From a virus (taxonomy: Duplodnaviria; Caudoviricetes), in the IMG/VR virus record IMGVR_UViG_2585428000_000009, positions 25,030 to 89,029 of that record: 64,000 nucleotides of DNA; one strand, 5' to 3'. This document shows, piece by piece, positions 1-8,833 of this stretch (its first letter is position 1; each line of letters starts with the position of its first letter). The position numbers were made by a program, and so were the translations under genes. Below the pieces are notes generated by a model. It worked only from the letters and a program-made list of their open reading frames with translations. It did not search any database and had not been told where the DNA came from.

Positions 1-82
1 CCTGGCAGACGGTGAGGGCGTGGGAGCCTGCCCCGCGCGCGGCCAGGAACACGCGCGGGGCGGCTGCTCGGGTACGCGCGGG

Positions 83-991
83 TTACGCGTAGGTGAGGTT
101 GACCGGAGCCGAGGCGCCGGTCGCGTTGGTGACGACCACCGGGTAGGAGCCCGCGGCCTTCGCCGGCGAGATGAGCGCCAGCGTGGTGTCGGAGATGACG
201 TTGAACGCCACCGAGGCGCCGTCGACGGTGACGCCGGTGGTGCCGGTGAAGTGCTGGCCCATGACCTCGATGACCTCACCACCCGCCGCGGCGGCGGTGG
301 CCGGATCGAAGGAGGTGATGGTGGGTGCCGACGCGGTGGCGGTGAAGCCCATGTCGGCGAGCAGGCCAGCGACGCCGGGACCGCAGATGACGTTCTTCAG
401 CGAGTAGCCGAGGTCTTCGTCGATCTTCGCGCTCCAGGTGACGTTGTAGGACAGGCTGCCGTCCTGCGACCAGGTTTGCTCGCCGACCTGGGTGACGGTG
501 GCGCGCGGCAGAATACGCAGAATCCAGATCTGATCTGCGCCGGAGCCGTCGACCATGCCGAAAATCAGGCGGTGGTAGCGGGTTTCGGGAGCGGTCGGGT
601 CGGCGTACTGGATTTCCGACGTGGTGGCGTCGGCGGTGATCGCCGACAGGTCGATACCCGAATACAGCTCGAGGGCACGACGCCGCGTCTCCAGCAGGGT
701 CGTGGACACGGTCACCTTGCGGGAGATGATGTCAGTGCGCGGCGGCTCAAGAGCACCCCAGGCTTCCACGTCGCTCGATTCGATCTCGGGCGAGAAGGCG
801 GGCGGTGCGTCCTTGGCGGTGAAGCCGAGGGAGTCGAAGCCGGTGAGGGCCTGGAATTCGGCGGACACACCGCTTGTGAAGGCTGCGGGGATGACCGCGC
901 TCATGTCGCCGATCAAGACAAAGCCTTTGTTCGGGCGGCGAATGAGCGACGGCTTCCAGTCCGCGACCTGGTCGAAAGTGACAGCAGGCAT
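83..991 (-). CDS. Major tail protein with C-terminal IPT/TIG Ig-like domain
   Basis: Follows connector genes; actinophage MTP-like motifs (LGFT.KD, EAWG..EP.R.DI); C-terminal APTITSFDP...GQHFTGTTGVTVDG is IPT/TIG-like. Confidence 0.9.
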   Translation of the reverse strand: MPAVTFDQVADWKPSLIRRPNKGFVLIGDMSAVIPAAFTSGVSAEFQALTGFDSLGFTAKDAPPAFSPEIESSDVEAWGALEPPRTDIISRKVTVSTTLLETRRRALELYSGIDLSAITADATTSEIQYADPTAPETRYHRLIFGMVDGSGADQIWILRILPRATVTQVGEQTWSQDGSLSYNVTWSAKIDEDLGYSLKNVICGPGVAGLLADMGFTATASAPTITSFDPATAAAAGGEVIEVMGQHFTGTTGVTVDGASVAFNVISDTTLALISPAKAAGSYPVVVTNATGASAPVNLTYA

Positions 992-1074
992 GTGGTTTGG
1001 TCCTTATTTCAGACACACCCAGAAACCCGCGGCCAGCACATGGGCGGCGGGTGGTGTGCGAGAGGTGAAGAGGG

Positions 1075-1452
1075 TTAGGCGCGTGGTCGGCGGTAGGACA
1101 GCCGGACCGTGGCGGTGACACCGCGCGCGTCGCGTTGGACGGGCGGAATGTATTGCCCGCCGGTGCGTTCCTCGGCTGTGTCGATCAGGTATCCGCCTGG
1201 CGCGGTGTTGCCTGCGGCGCGGATACGTTCCTGCCCAGCGGTTTTCAGCAGCTTGGATTCGGCGCGGCTGGCGGCGACGTATTCGACGTCGATCACGGGA
1301 TTGTCGGCGATGCCGTCTTCGGTGCCGCCGACACGGGTCACGTAGATGTAGGGCGGGTCGATCTCGTCGCTTTCGAACGTCACGACGGGGGCGATGTCGT
1401 CGAGTAGCGCGCGCATGACGTCGTCGAATTCGGGATACGGCGGCAGCGCCAT
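1075..1452 (-). CDS. Tail terminator
   Basis: Immediately upstream of MTP; PYIYVTRVGG motif; ATG overlaps upstream TGA. Confidence 0.75.
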   Translation of the reverse strand: MALPPYPEFDDVMRALLDDIAPVVTFESDEIDPPYIYVTRVGGTEDGIADNPVIDVEYVAASRAESKLLKTAGQERIRAAGNTAPGGYLIDTAEERTGGQYIPPVQRDARGVTATVRLSYRRPRA

Positions 1453-1748
1453 CAGTCGCTCACATCCTGGATGAAGTCGTGCATGACATGCTCGGCTCGG
1501 TTCCATCTGGTGCCGTGTTCGCGGAAGCGTGCGTAGTGGCCGGAGGCGTAGACGATGCCTTCCTGGACGCCGTCCTCGCCGGGCATGACGTCAGCCTCCA
1601 CGTGGGTGGCGTTGAAACCCGTTCGCCATTTGGAGCGCAGCGCCCACCGGTCGGAGCCTTGTTCGGCGAGTTCTTTTAGGAAGTCCCGCAGCTCAGGGCT
1701 TTCACGAAGCAGCTTGTCGAGGTCGTTGTCAGTTCCGTCGTATTCCAC
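1452..1748 (-). CDS. HK97 gp10-like neck protein
   Basis: RTG...YA.F.EHGT motif; position in the connector block; GTG start with GAAGGA RBS. Confidence 0.75.
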   Translation of the reverse strand: MEYDGTDNDLDKLLRESPELRDFLKELAEQGSDRWALRSKWRTGFNATHVEADVMPGEDGVQEGIVYASGHYARFREHGTRWNRAEHVMHDFIQDVSD

Positions 1749-2103
1749 TGCCGCCGTCCTTCGCGATACGGAAGCGGACCCCGCTGCTCCAGCCGGTGAA
1801 GCTGTTCGGGGTGTCGCGGACTTGGCCGTCGATGACGAACTCACGCCCATCCGACAGTCGAATCCGGTCGGAAGCAAGCACATCCGAGCCAGCCGGGGCG
1901 GTCACCTGAGCGACAAGCACCAGCAGTTCACCGCTGGTGTTGTCCTCGGAATCGGTCACCCACTTCAGGTCACACGGACCGATCTGATGCGTAGCTTCCG
2001 CGCCGATCGGGTCGCCCTGCCAGTCCTTGGCGTTCGCGGTGCCGCGGCGCACGACGGTCAGCATCGTGCCGTACGGGTAGCTGGGCGGCTGGTAGTTCAC
2101 CAT
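1729..2103 (-). CDS. Head-to-tail stopper
   Basis: D..GDP and DV...DRI...DG.EF.IDG motifs; synteny. Confidence 0.75.
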   Translation of the reverse strand: MVNYQPPSYPYGTMLTVVRRGTANAKDWQGDPIGAEATHQIGPCDLKWVTDSEDNTSGELLVLVAQVTAPAGSDVLASDRIRLSDGREFVIDGQVRDTPNSFTGWSSGVRFRIAKDGGSGIRRN

Positions 2104-2108
2104 CGTCG

Positions 2109-2531
2109 CTACCGCCGCCTCGTGCGTGGCCTTGTCGACGCCAAGCCCGCATTGCGCAGGATCAGTAGCGCCGCCGACGACAGGGTCTTGAGCGAGGCGT
2201 CGATTTCCTGCGCGCTGGGCGCGTCGGCGTAGGTGACCGATCCGCCGTCAGCGGTTTGGGTCTTGATCGCGACGTCGCGTCCGACCGTGCCTGCGGCCGG
2301 GTCGATGCCGGCGAGGTGCCATTGCGCGGCCTGCGCGCAGGTGGCGTTCTTCAGGGCTTCGGCGATGTCCAGGTCTACTGGTAGTCCCGCCGGGTCGGTG
2401 TCGTAGAGGTCGCAGCGTGTCGCGGAGCGTACGAGCTGGGAGGCGAAGCGGATGAGCTGGATTGCCGCGGCCGTGGTGGGGAGGTCGGTGAGCCAGTCAG
2501 CCAGATCATCCGGGACGGCATAGACCAGCAC
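2109..2531 (-). CDS. Head-to-tail adaptor
   Basis: YA...DL..W and ATCAQ motifs; downstream of capsid. Confidence 0.75.
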   Translation of the reverse strand: MLVYAVPDDLADWLTDLPTTAAAIQLIRFASQLVRSATRCDLYDTDPAGLPVDLDIAEALKNATCAQAAQWHLAGIDPAAGTVGRDVAIKTQTADGGSVTYADAPSAQEIDASLKTLSSAALLILRNAGLASTRPRTRRR

Positions 2532-2534
2532 GGC

Positions 2535-2762
2535 TTACTCCTTGGTACGTGTGCGCCGGACGGCCTTGGTCGCAGGCTTGGCGAGAGCTTCCGGCTCGGG
2601 TTCCGGCTCGGGTTCCGGCTCGGGTTCCGGCTCGGGTTCCGGTTCGGGTTGGGGCACTTCGGATTCGGGGATCTCCGACCAGTACGCCCACTCCAAGAGG
2701 TCTGGGCGAGGCTTCTCGGAGGCGATCACCCAGTCCGAATGCAGGTACTTGTAATAGTGCAC
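2535..2762 (-). CDS. Small capsid-associated hypothetical protein with (PE)n linker
   Basis: GTG start with GGAGA RBS; PEPEPE tract and basic C-terminus. Confidence 0.65.
   Translation of the reverse strand: MHYYKYLHSDWVIASEKPRPDLLEWAYWSEIPESEVPQPEPEPEPEPEPEPEPEPEPEALAKPATKAVRRTRTKE
2589..2648. repeat. 12-bp tandem repeat TTCCGGCTCGGG x5 (last copy has 1 mismatch)
   Basis: Read directly; encodes the Pro-Glu tract. Confidence 0.95.
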
Positions 2763-2792
2763 GTGTCTCCGAAAGTGGTTGAAGCACAAACG

Positions 2793-2825
2793 GTATCCGG
2801 CAACCAAGAGGCGGCTGCCGGATAC
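2793..2825 (-). terminator. Hairpin/terminator after major capsid gene
   Basis: GTATCCGGCA...TGCCGGATAC inverted repeat followed on the minus strand by CGTTTGTGCTT. Confidence 0.6.
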
Positions 2826-2837
2826 GCAGGCCAGTGA

Positions 2838-3758
2838 CTACGGGGCCAGAGCGCCGCGCAGCAGCACGCCGCGATCAGCGTCGAGGGTCTTGGTGCCGTA
2901 CAGGATGTCCAGAGACATCACCTCGGCCTTTTCCTGCATGTCGTACTGCTTGACCAGACGCAACGACAGGCCCTTGTACGACACGACGGTCGCCCAGGTG
3001 TTGTCGGTCGGCAGCGCCAACGTCGCCGACGCGAACGCGACAGCGGTCTTGTGGAACGCGAGACCGACCTCGGTGGTGGGCTGACCCGACGCCGGGCTGC
3101 CCGCAGGCTGCACGATGTTCTGGGTCATGAACGTTTCGAAGCCGAAGATGTCGCGGCCCAGCGAGCCCTTGCGCAGTGCCTCGGTCGAGCCGGACTTGTC
3201 GGCATGCTTCAGCATGTCCGTGTTCAGCCACGGCGCACGAGTGCTAGGACCGATGACCGCAGACCGCTCCGACGCCGGAACGTTCTTGATGTTCAGCTGG
3301 CGGTCGGCCTCGATCAGCACCTCCGGCTTGTTCCACTCGTACCCGGTCTGCGTGCCCGCGACCTGAGTGAAGTCAGCCTTCGCCTGCGCGATAATCGACC
3401 GGTCGACGGCCTGAGCGATAGCTTCCGCTGCCGGGGTCAGGAACTGGCTGTCGAAGTCCTCCAGGTGCAGAGTCAGATCCTCTGCGGTGACCTGGAACGA
3501 CACATCTTTGTGCGTGTCGAGGGTGACCGGGATACCGGTCTCGGTGGCGTTCTGGATGGTGATGCCGGGGTTCTGGCGATCGAAATCCTGCGCGGTGAAC
3601 GTCGCGGGCTGCCGGATGGTGACGGTGGCGCCGACCTTCTGGCCGCGCCATTCCTGGCTGACGTCGGTGTAGACCAACGGCACCATGCACAGCTTTTCGT
3701 ACAGGTTCGCCAGCGCCTGCTTGGCGATCACATCGGGAGTGAGAAGAGTGTTAGCCAT
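2838..3758 (-). CDS. Major capsid protein (P22 coat-like family)
   Basis: MANTLLTPDVIAKQAL N-terminus, G.TV.I..P, C-terminal SLDILYG.K; follows scaffold. Confidence 0.92.
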   Translation of the reverse strand: MANTLLTPDVIAKQALANLYEKLCMVPLVYTDVSQEWRGQKVGATVTIRQPATFTAQDFDRQNPGITIQNATETGIPVTLDTHKDVSFQVTAEDLTLHLEDFDSQFLTPAAEAIAQAVDRSIIAQAKADFTQVAGTQTGYEWNKPEVLIEADRQLNIKNVPASERSAVIGPSTRAPWLNTDMLKHADKSGSTEALRKGSLGRDIFGFETFMTQNIVQPAGSPASGQPTTEVGLAFHKTAVAFASATLALPTDNTWATVVSYKGLSLRLVKQYDMQEKAEVMSLDILYGTKTLDADRGVLLRGALAP

Positions 3759-3779
3759 GTGGGCGTGCTCCTATGAGCA

Positions 3780-4517
3780 TCAGATGCCGTCGCGTTCACG
3801 CTTTGCGCGCATCTCGCGACGAATGTCATCGATGGACTTGGCGGCGTTCGGCTTAGGGGCCGCGTTGCCGCCGGTGAGGTCACCGCCGCTACGAGGGGCA
3901 GACACCCGGTCTTGCGCCTTCTTGAGCTTTGGATTGAATTCGACTGCCGCAGAAACGATCTGCTCCACCTGGGAGGCGAAATCGTCGGCAGAAGGGTCGA
4001 GGTTCTTCAGCGCCCCGGTACCGGCGAGGTAGGGGACGAGGATGGTGGTGTCGCCGTCGCATTTGTCGGCGGCAGCGTTGAGCGCTTTCTCGATACGCAG
4101 CGAGCGCAGTTCCTGGGCGGCGGCGTCGCGTTCGGCTGCCAATTGGGCTTCGCGATCCTGCGCCTGCTTCAGCAGCTCAGCCGGGTCGGGCGGGGTGTCG
4201 TCCTTGATCAGCCCGAGTGCGCGACCGATCTGCTCGGACAGGTCCCGCTGGGCCTTCTCCGCTGCCTCTTTCGCGGCCTGTTCGGCGGCTTCTTTGCCTT
4301 TGACTCGGGCGGCGGCGGCTTCGTCGCGCAGTTTCTTGACATACTTTTCGTCGTATGTCTTCTCGACAGGCTTCTCGGGTTCCGGCTTGGGATCGGTGTC
4401 GCCTGCGGGGGTTTCGGTTTCGGTGGCCTGTACATCGCCACCGGGTTCCGGTGCCGGATCGGCGGGGGTGTCAACGGTGTCGTTGACGGTTTCCTGGACG
4501 TTGGCTTCCTCAGCCAT
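3780..4517 (-). CDS. Capsid scaffolding protein
   Basis: Acidic Pro-rich N-terminus, coiled coil (KKLRDEAAAAR), directly upstream of capsid. Confidence 0.88.
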   Translation of the reverse strand: MAEEANVQETVNDTVDTPADPAPEPGGDVQATETETPAGDTDPKPEPEKPVEKTYDEKYVKKLRDEAAAARVKGKEAAEQAAKEAAEKAQRDLSEQIGRALGLIKDDTPPDPAELLKQAQDREAQLAAERDAAAQELRSLRIEKALNAAADKCDGDTTILVPYLAGTGALKNLDPSADDFASQVEQIVSAAVEFNPKLKKAQDRVSAPRSGGDLTGGNAAPKPNAAKSIDDIRREMRAKRERDGI

Positions 4518-4585
4518 GAATGTGCCTCCTGGACACGGAGAAACACCCGTCGGCGACCTGGCCAGACAGGGTGTTGAAATGACGA

Positions 4586-4620
4586 AACCCCCAGGGCCAC
4601 AGGCCAGAACTTGGGGGTTG
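4586..4620 (-). terminator. Hairpin/terminator downstream of tRNA-Gln
   Basis: AACCCCCA...TGGGGGTT stem followed on the minus strand by TCGTCATTTC. Confidence 0.55.
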
Positions 4621-4657
4621 GTGAATTCCGCTTGGCGCGGAAGTGTCAGGTGCTCAG

Positions 4658-4730
4658 ATCTCTCGCCAGGACTCGAACCTGGACTCGAAGAACCAAACTC
4701 TTCGGTGCTGCCGGATTACACCACGAGAGA
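4658..4730 (-). tRNA. tRNA-Gln(UUG), no encoded CCA
   Basis: TCTCTCG/CGAGAGA acceptor, GTGT/GCAC D stem, GAAGA-GTTTGGT-TCTTC anticodon arm, CCAGG-TTCGAGT-CCTGG T arm. Confidence 0.92.
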
Positions 4731-4734
4731 GTGT

Positions 4735-5703
4735 CTACCTGTTGGTGGCGTACCGAATTCGGTGCAGCCGCCGCGCTTTTCGCTGCTGAGCATTCGCGGC
4801 GCGGCGCTGCTCACGTACCGGTTCGGGTACGCGAACCGCGTGCGGTGGGCTCGGGTCGTCCGGAGTCCACACGCGGATGGTGTGGCGGCAACCACGATGG
4901 AACAAGCCGCGTTCACGAGCCTGCACCAGCGAGGCCATCACCGTCGCCGACACGAGACGACCCGTGCTCGATTCCTCGATGACAGTGCCCGTGGTGCGGC
5001 CGGAGATGGACAGCACTTGGCCTTCGAACGGTCGGCACAGGGGGCAGGAACCGACGACGTCGGAGACGACGAACAGGTCGTGGCCAGCTGCGGCGAGCTG
5101 TGCGCAATAGCCGTCGATCTCAGCGCGGGTCACTGCGGACCGAACTACCATTTCCGCGTAGGAGACGAACTCGTAACGGCGGCCGTGCGCGTCGACCTGG
5201 CCGGTGAAGCCGCGGCGCGCGGTGCGAGCCAACACCTCACGCAGGAGTTGGTCCAGCGAGTCGTCGTCGGTGACACGGCGGTCGTGGGCAACCTGTTCGA
5301 CTGTCTCCCGGTAGATCGCTTCCGCCGCTCTCGGGATGTGCCGGTGCACGACAGTCAATGCTTCGATGACCTGGTCGGCGAGGCGTTGTGCCGCGCTGTC
5401 GTCGATGAGGTCCGCATGGCCGGTGAGGTCGTCGCGGGCGGCGTCCGCCCCGCGCCGGAACGCTGCAAGGACAATCCCCACCACGATCACGGCCGCCTGC
5501 GTGCTCAATCCGAGCATGATGCGCGCGATCCTGTTGCGGAATCCGGGCAGTCGCAGCAGGATTCGCGCCAGCCACGATGCCCCGGTCCAGCGTTCACCGA
5601 ACAAGGTGCGGGCGATCAACCGCCACAGGGCGCGTTCGGCGGTGAGGTACAGGCGCGTGATCGCGCCGGTGTGGCCGTCGCCGTAGCTGGGTGTGAGCGG
5701 CAT
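4735..5703 (-). CDS. Minor capsid protein (phage minor capsid 2 / MuF-like)
   Basis: D..GR....SYAEM..R, CPLCRPFEG..LS and GLFH.GCRH motifs; follows portal. Confidence 0.88.
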   Translation of the reverse strand: MPLTPSYGDGHTGAITRLYLTAERALWRLIARTLFGERWTGASWLARILLRLPGFRNRIARIMLGLSTQAAVIVVGIVLAAFRRGADAARDDLTGHADLIDDSAAQRLADQVIEALTVVHRHIPRAAEAIYRETVEQVAHDRRVTDDDSLDQLLREVLARTARRGFTGQVDAHGRRYEFVSYAEMVVRSAVTRAEIDGYCAQLAAAGHDLFVVSDVVGSCPLCRPFEGQVLSISGRTTGTVIEESSTGRLVSATVMASLVQARERGLFHRGCRHTIRVWTPDDPSPPHAVRVPEPVREQRRAANAQQRKARRLHRIRYATNR

Positions 5704-7289
5704 CAGGCCGCCTCCTCCAACCCGCCTTCGACCGGTGCCTCACCGAAGTCGCCGGGTTCGTCCACCTCGACATCCTCGCGGGACATCTCGTCGAGAATCC
5801 GCGCGACTTCGTCATCGACCTCGGGATTGCTCCAGTTCGGGTGGTACATCCGCACCGCAGTCTCCACCGACAGCGCATGCGCCGCGCGCAGGTTCGCGAT
5901 CGCGGTCGACAGCGCGACCGGGTCTTGGTCGACACGGACGGGGAAGTCCATTTCCGGGTCGGCGGTCACCCCGTAATCGGGTCCGCCGAACACGACCCGG
6001 TCGAGGTCGAGCATGGTGCGAGCCAGCGGTTGCGCGGCGGCCTGCCAGTACAGGATCTTGCGGTTGCGGGTCTGGTTCGACTTGTCCTTGCGGGCCGATA
6101 CCTCGGTCGCGGTCATCGTCACCGCATCCGAGTCGTCGAAATCCGCAGCGGAGTAACCGCAGGCACGCAAGATCTGCTTGAGCAGCTTCTCGCAAGTTTT
6201 CGCGTGTTCTTCGACGCGGATCGCGAACTGCTGCGGCTGCACCAGACGCGCGCCGTGCTCGTCGGTCATGCCCATGCTGTCCGACGGCACAGGCGTGAAG
6301 ATCGCCTGTTCCGGATCGAAGGACGCGCCCTTGCCGGGGCCTTGGTCCTCAAGCAGTTCTTGTGCGACGAACAACCTAGCCTTCGCCAGATCGAGGTCAC
6401 GCATCCACGACGACCACGCCTCATCGAGCGAGTCGAACAGCGGCTCGACACCTTCGAAGTCGCTGCGCCCCAACGCCGACAGCTTCGGAATGTTGCGCCA
6501 CTTACGGGCTGGCCTGACGTTGGGAACGTAGGCGGCCGTCAGCCCGTCGACGCCGGTTTCGATGGAGGAGTTCTCGTCCACCAGTTCGGCAGCCCATTCG
6601 GTGGCTGCGAGGCTGTCCAACGGCATGCGCCGCCCGATCGTGCCCTCGTCGCCCAGGAACAGAGCGTGCTCGATGCTGCCAGCCTCGTGATGCTCGAGAT
6701 GGCGCCACACGCCCTGCTTGTCTTCGGCGACGATCGTCCAGAACGTCACCGCCGACAGGCGCCCGTACCGCCATTCCGGGATCGCGCAGTCGGGGCTGAC
6801 CGCGGACAACATCACCTTGTCGGTGGCTTCCTTGTCCCACCACAGCCGCAGGAACACCCCGCCCAGGGCGGCTTGGATTTCGGCGGCTTCCAAGAACGCG
6901 GCGACGCTGCCGGCGTCGTCGAGCAGTTCGTTCAACCTCTGCTGCGCGCCTTCCACGTCGCGGGCGTCGCCTTCGCTGAACAGCCAGCTCGGCGGCTGCC
7001 CGAACAGCAGGTCCGCTGATGTGGTCGCGATGTCGGCGGCGGCTGGGACGTGCAGGCGTTTGGTGTCCTGGAAGACCGGGCGCCCCCACCACAAGCGGGA
7101 CAGCATCCCCACGATGCCGCCGCGCAGCTGTGAGGCGCGTGGTGTCGGGAGCTGGTAGTTGCTGCCGCTGTAGATGGATTGCAGAGCGATGGTGTCGCCG
7201 GACCACCAGGCGCTGTAGGTGGCGAAGTCGTCGTAGGCGGTGTCGTGGGGCTTGGGCGGCCATGCGCCTGCGTACTCGGGCATCGCCAC
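5703..7289 (-). CDS. Portal protein (SPP1/A118 type)
   Basis: 528 aa; LHVP.AADIA, LGRSDF, IRVEEH, TATEV motifs. Confidence 0.93.
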   Translation of the reverse strand: MAMPEYAGAWPPKPHDTAYDDFATYSAWWSGDTIALQSIYSGSNYQLPTPRASQLRGGIVGMLSRLWWGRPVFQDTKRLHVPAAADIATTSADLLFGQPPSWLFSEGDARDVEGAQQRLNELLDDAGSVAAFLEAAEIQAALGGVFLRLWWDKEATDKVMLSAVSPDCAIPEWRYGRLSAVTFWTIVAEDKQGVWRHLEHHEAGSIEHALFLGDEGTIGRRMPLDSLAATEWAAELVDENSSIETGVDGLTAAYVPNVRPARKWRNIPKLSALGRSDFEGVEPLFDSLDEAWSSWMRDLDLAKARLFVAQELLEDQGPGKGASFDPEQAIFTPVPSDSMGMTDEHGARLVQPQQFAIRVEEHAKTCEKLLKQILRACGYSAADFDDSDAVTMTATEVSARKDKSNQTRNRKILYWQAAAQPLARTMLDLDRVVFGGPDYGVTADPEMDFPVRVDQDPVALSTAIANLRAAHALSVETAVRMYHPNWSNPEVDDEVARILDEMSREDVEVDEPGDFGEAPVEGGLEEAA

Positions 7290-7366
7290 GGGCAGCCTCC
7301 GAGAGGGTGTCGAGCGCGCGAAGTCCGTTGCAGCGCTGTGAAGTTAGAAGAGTGAGGAGAGCGGGC

Positions 7367-8509
7367 CTATACGAGGCTCATCGCTGAGATCTCGCCCGCG
7401 CGGGTGAGGTAGACCAGGCCGCCGCGTCTGGCTTCGGCGCCGGTGAGGTCGCGGTAATAGTTGCTGCCGCCGTCGAAGGTCGGTGAGCAGATACGGGTGC
7501 GGGTCTTCGCGGTTTCGACCGCCCACGAATGGAAGTGGCCGTGCGCGAGGATGTGCGCGCCCGCTGGATTCTGTTGATGGAACGCTTGATCCGACCACCA
7601 CGTGAACGCGTGCGAGTGTTTAGCGGTGGCGCCGCCCTTCCACTGGTGGCCGTGGGCGATGGTGAAGACGGTGTCGCCGCGGGCGACGGTCATGAACCCT
7701 TGCTCGGGATCGGGCACTTCGACGCTGACATGCCCGAACGCGGCCTCGTTCATCTTCAACGCGTCGGCGACGCTGATGGCGCACTCGGTGGCCCAGCCAT
7801 CGCCAGGGTTCGTGTTCTGGAACCGTTGCGCCTGATCATGATTACCGTTCACGACCGACACCCACATCGTGTCGGTGAGCGGCGCGAACTGCTCGATGGT
7901 GTGCAGCATCAGGCGGCGCAGAATGCGGGTCTGGGTAGTGACTCCGTACTCGGTGCGCCACCAGTTGCGGCCGTCTTGGGAGACGTTGCCCTCGATGCAG
8001 TCACCCGGGAACAGGATGTGCACGCCCGCGACGCCGCGGATCTGAAGGACCCGATACTCACGGACTGCGCGGTCGACGGTGTCGAGGAACTTGTCGACGA
8101 TGGTGTCGGTGCCGCCGTTGTCGGCCTTCGCGATCTGAAGGTCCGAGCATTGGAGGTTGAACACGTGCGGGCCAGACGACACGGCGGGCTGATGCGCCGC
8201 CCAGCCGTCGATGCGAGCGATCAGTTCGCCGAGGTTCGAGTCGGGTCGGCGGGGCGCGATCCGGAACCGGTACGCCGCGAGCCAGCGTTCATCGTAAGTC
8301 TGCCACCGCGAGACGCGCGGATGCCCGACGATCTGCACCTCATCCGGGTCGTACCCGAACTGCCGCAACAGCTCGATGTAGGAGGCTGGTGGATCGTGCA
8401 GTGCGCCGGTTTGGATGAATCCGCCTGTGACAGCATCGTATTCGGTGCGGGGCCGGTACTCGGGTTCTTGCGCGGTCGGTTGTGCGGCGAGGTCATCGGC
8501 GAGGCTCAT
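7367..8509 (-). CDS. Calcineurin-like metallophosphoesterase
   Basis: SDLQ, GDCIE, GNHD, AHGH and GHFH motifs. Confidence 0.85.
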   Translation of the reverse strand: MSLADDLAAQPTAQEPEYRPRTEYDAVTGGFIQTGALHDPPASYIELLRQFGYDPDEVQIVGHPRVSRWQTYDERWLAAYRFRIAPRRPDSNLGELIARIDGWAAHQPAVSSGPHVFNLQCSDLQIAKADNGGTDTIVDKFLDTVDRAVREYRVLQIRGVAGVHILFPGDCIEGNVSQDGRNWWRTEYGVTTQTRILRRLMLHTIEQFAPLTDTMWVSVVNGNHDQAQRFQNTNPGDGWATECAISVADALKMNEAAFGHVSVEVPDPEQGFMTVARGDTVFTIAHGHQWKGGATAKHSHAFTWWSDQAFHQQNPAGAHILAHGHFHSWAVETAKTRTRICSPTFDGGSNYYRDLTGAEARRGGLVYLTRAGEISAMSLV

Positions 8510-8763
8510 GCAGCCTCCGCCGCTTCTGTTGCCGCATAGCATGAGCATTCGCGGCGGCAGTGTTTGCGAAATCGGGTTTCGCCCGCCTCGCAGCCGTGCC
8601 GAGAGGCGATGCGGTGCAAGTTAGCGACGTTCCGGCTCGCATTGGAGATCGCTTGCTCCACGAGGGTTCGATTCTCCTGATCCAGAGCCGCCAGCCACTC
8701 GCCTGTCTTACAGAGACGAACGGGCTTGTGATTGGCTGCCGCGAGGTCGTCGGCGAGGGACAT
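8506..8763 (-). CDS. Small Cys/His-rich protein coupled to the phosphoesterase
   Basis: AGGAGA RBS; C...W.., H.RRECSC; ATGA overlap with next gene. Confidence 0.75.
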   Translation of the reverse strand: MSLADDLAAANHKPVRLCKTGEWLAALDQENRTLVEQAISNASRNVANLHRIASRHGCEAGETRFRKHCRRECSCYAATEAAEAA

Positions 8764-8833
8764 ACGATGTCTCCTAGATCATTGTGCCTAGTAACTATCG
8801 TATTGCTGCAAGTCAAACATGATCGTGGCGTCC

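Noticed and set aside
2589-2648. Tandem repeat as CRISPR or phase-variation tract
   Set aside because: No spacers; the 12-bp unit is in frame and simply encodes a Pro-Glu linker.
4658-4730. tRNA as attachment site or prophage boundary
   Set aside because: Phage head genes continue in synteny on both sides, and no duplicated 3' fragment or integrase is seen.
4042-5976. 644-aa plus-strand ORF and many other long Arg/Pro/Ser-rich ORFs in the track
   Set aside because: They are antisense or alternate-frame shadows of real genes in high-GC DNA; this one also spans a tRNA.
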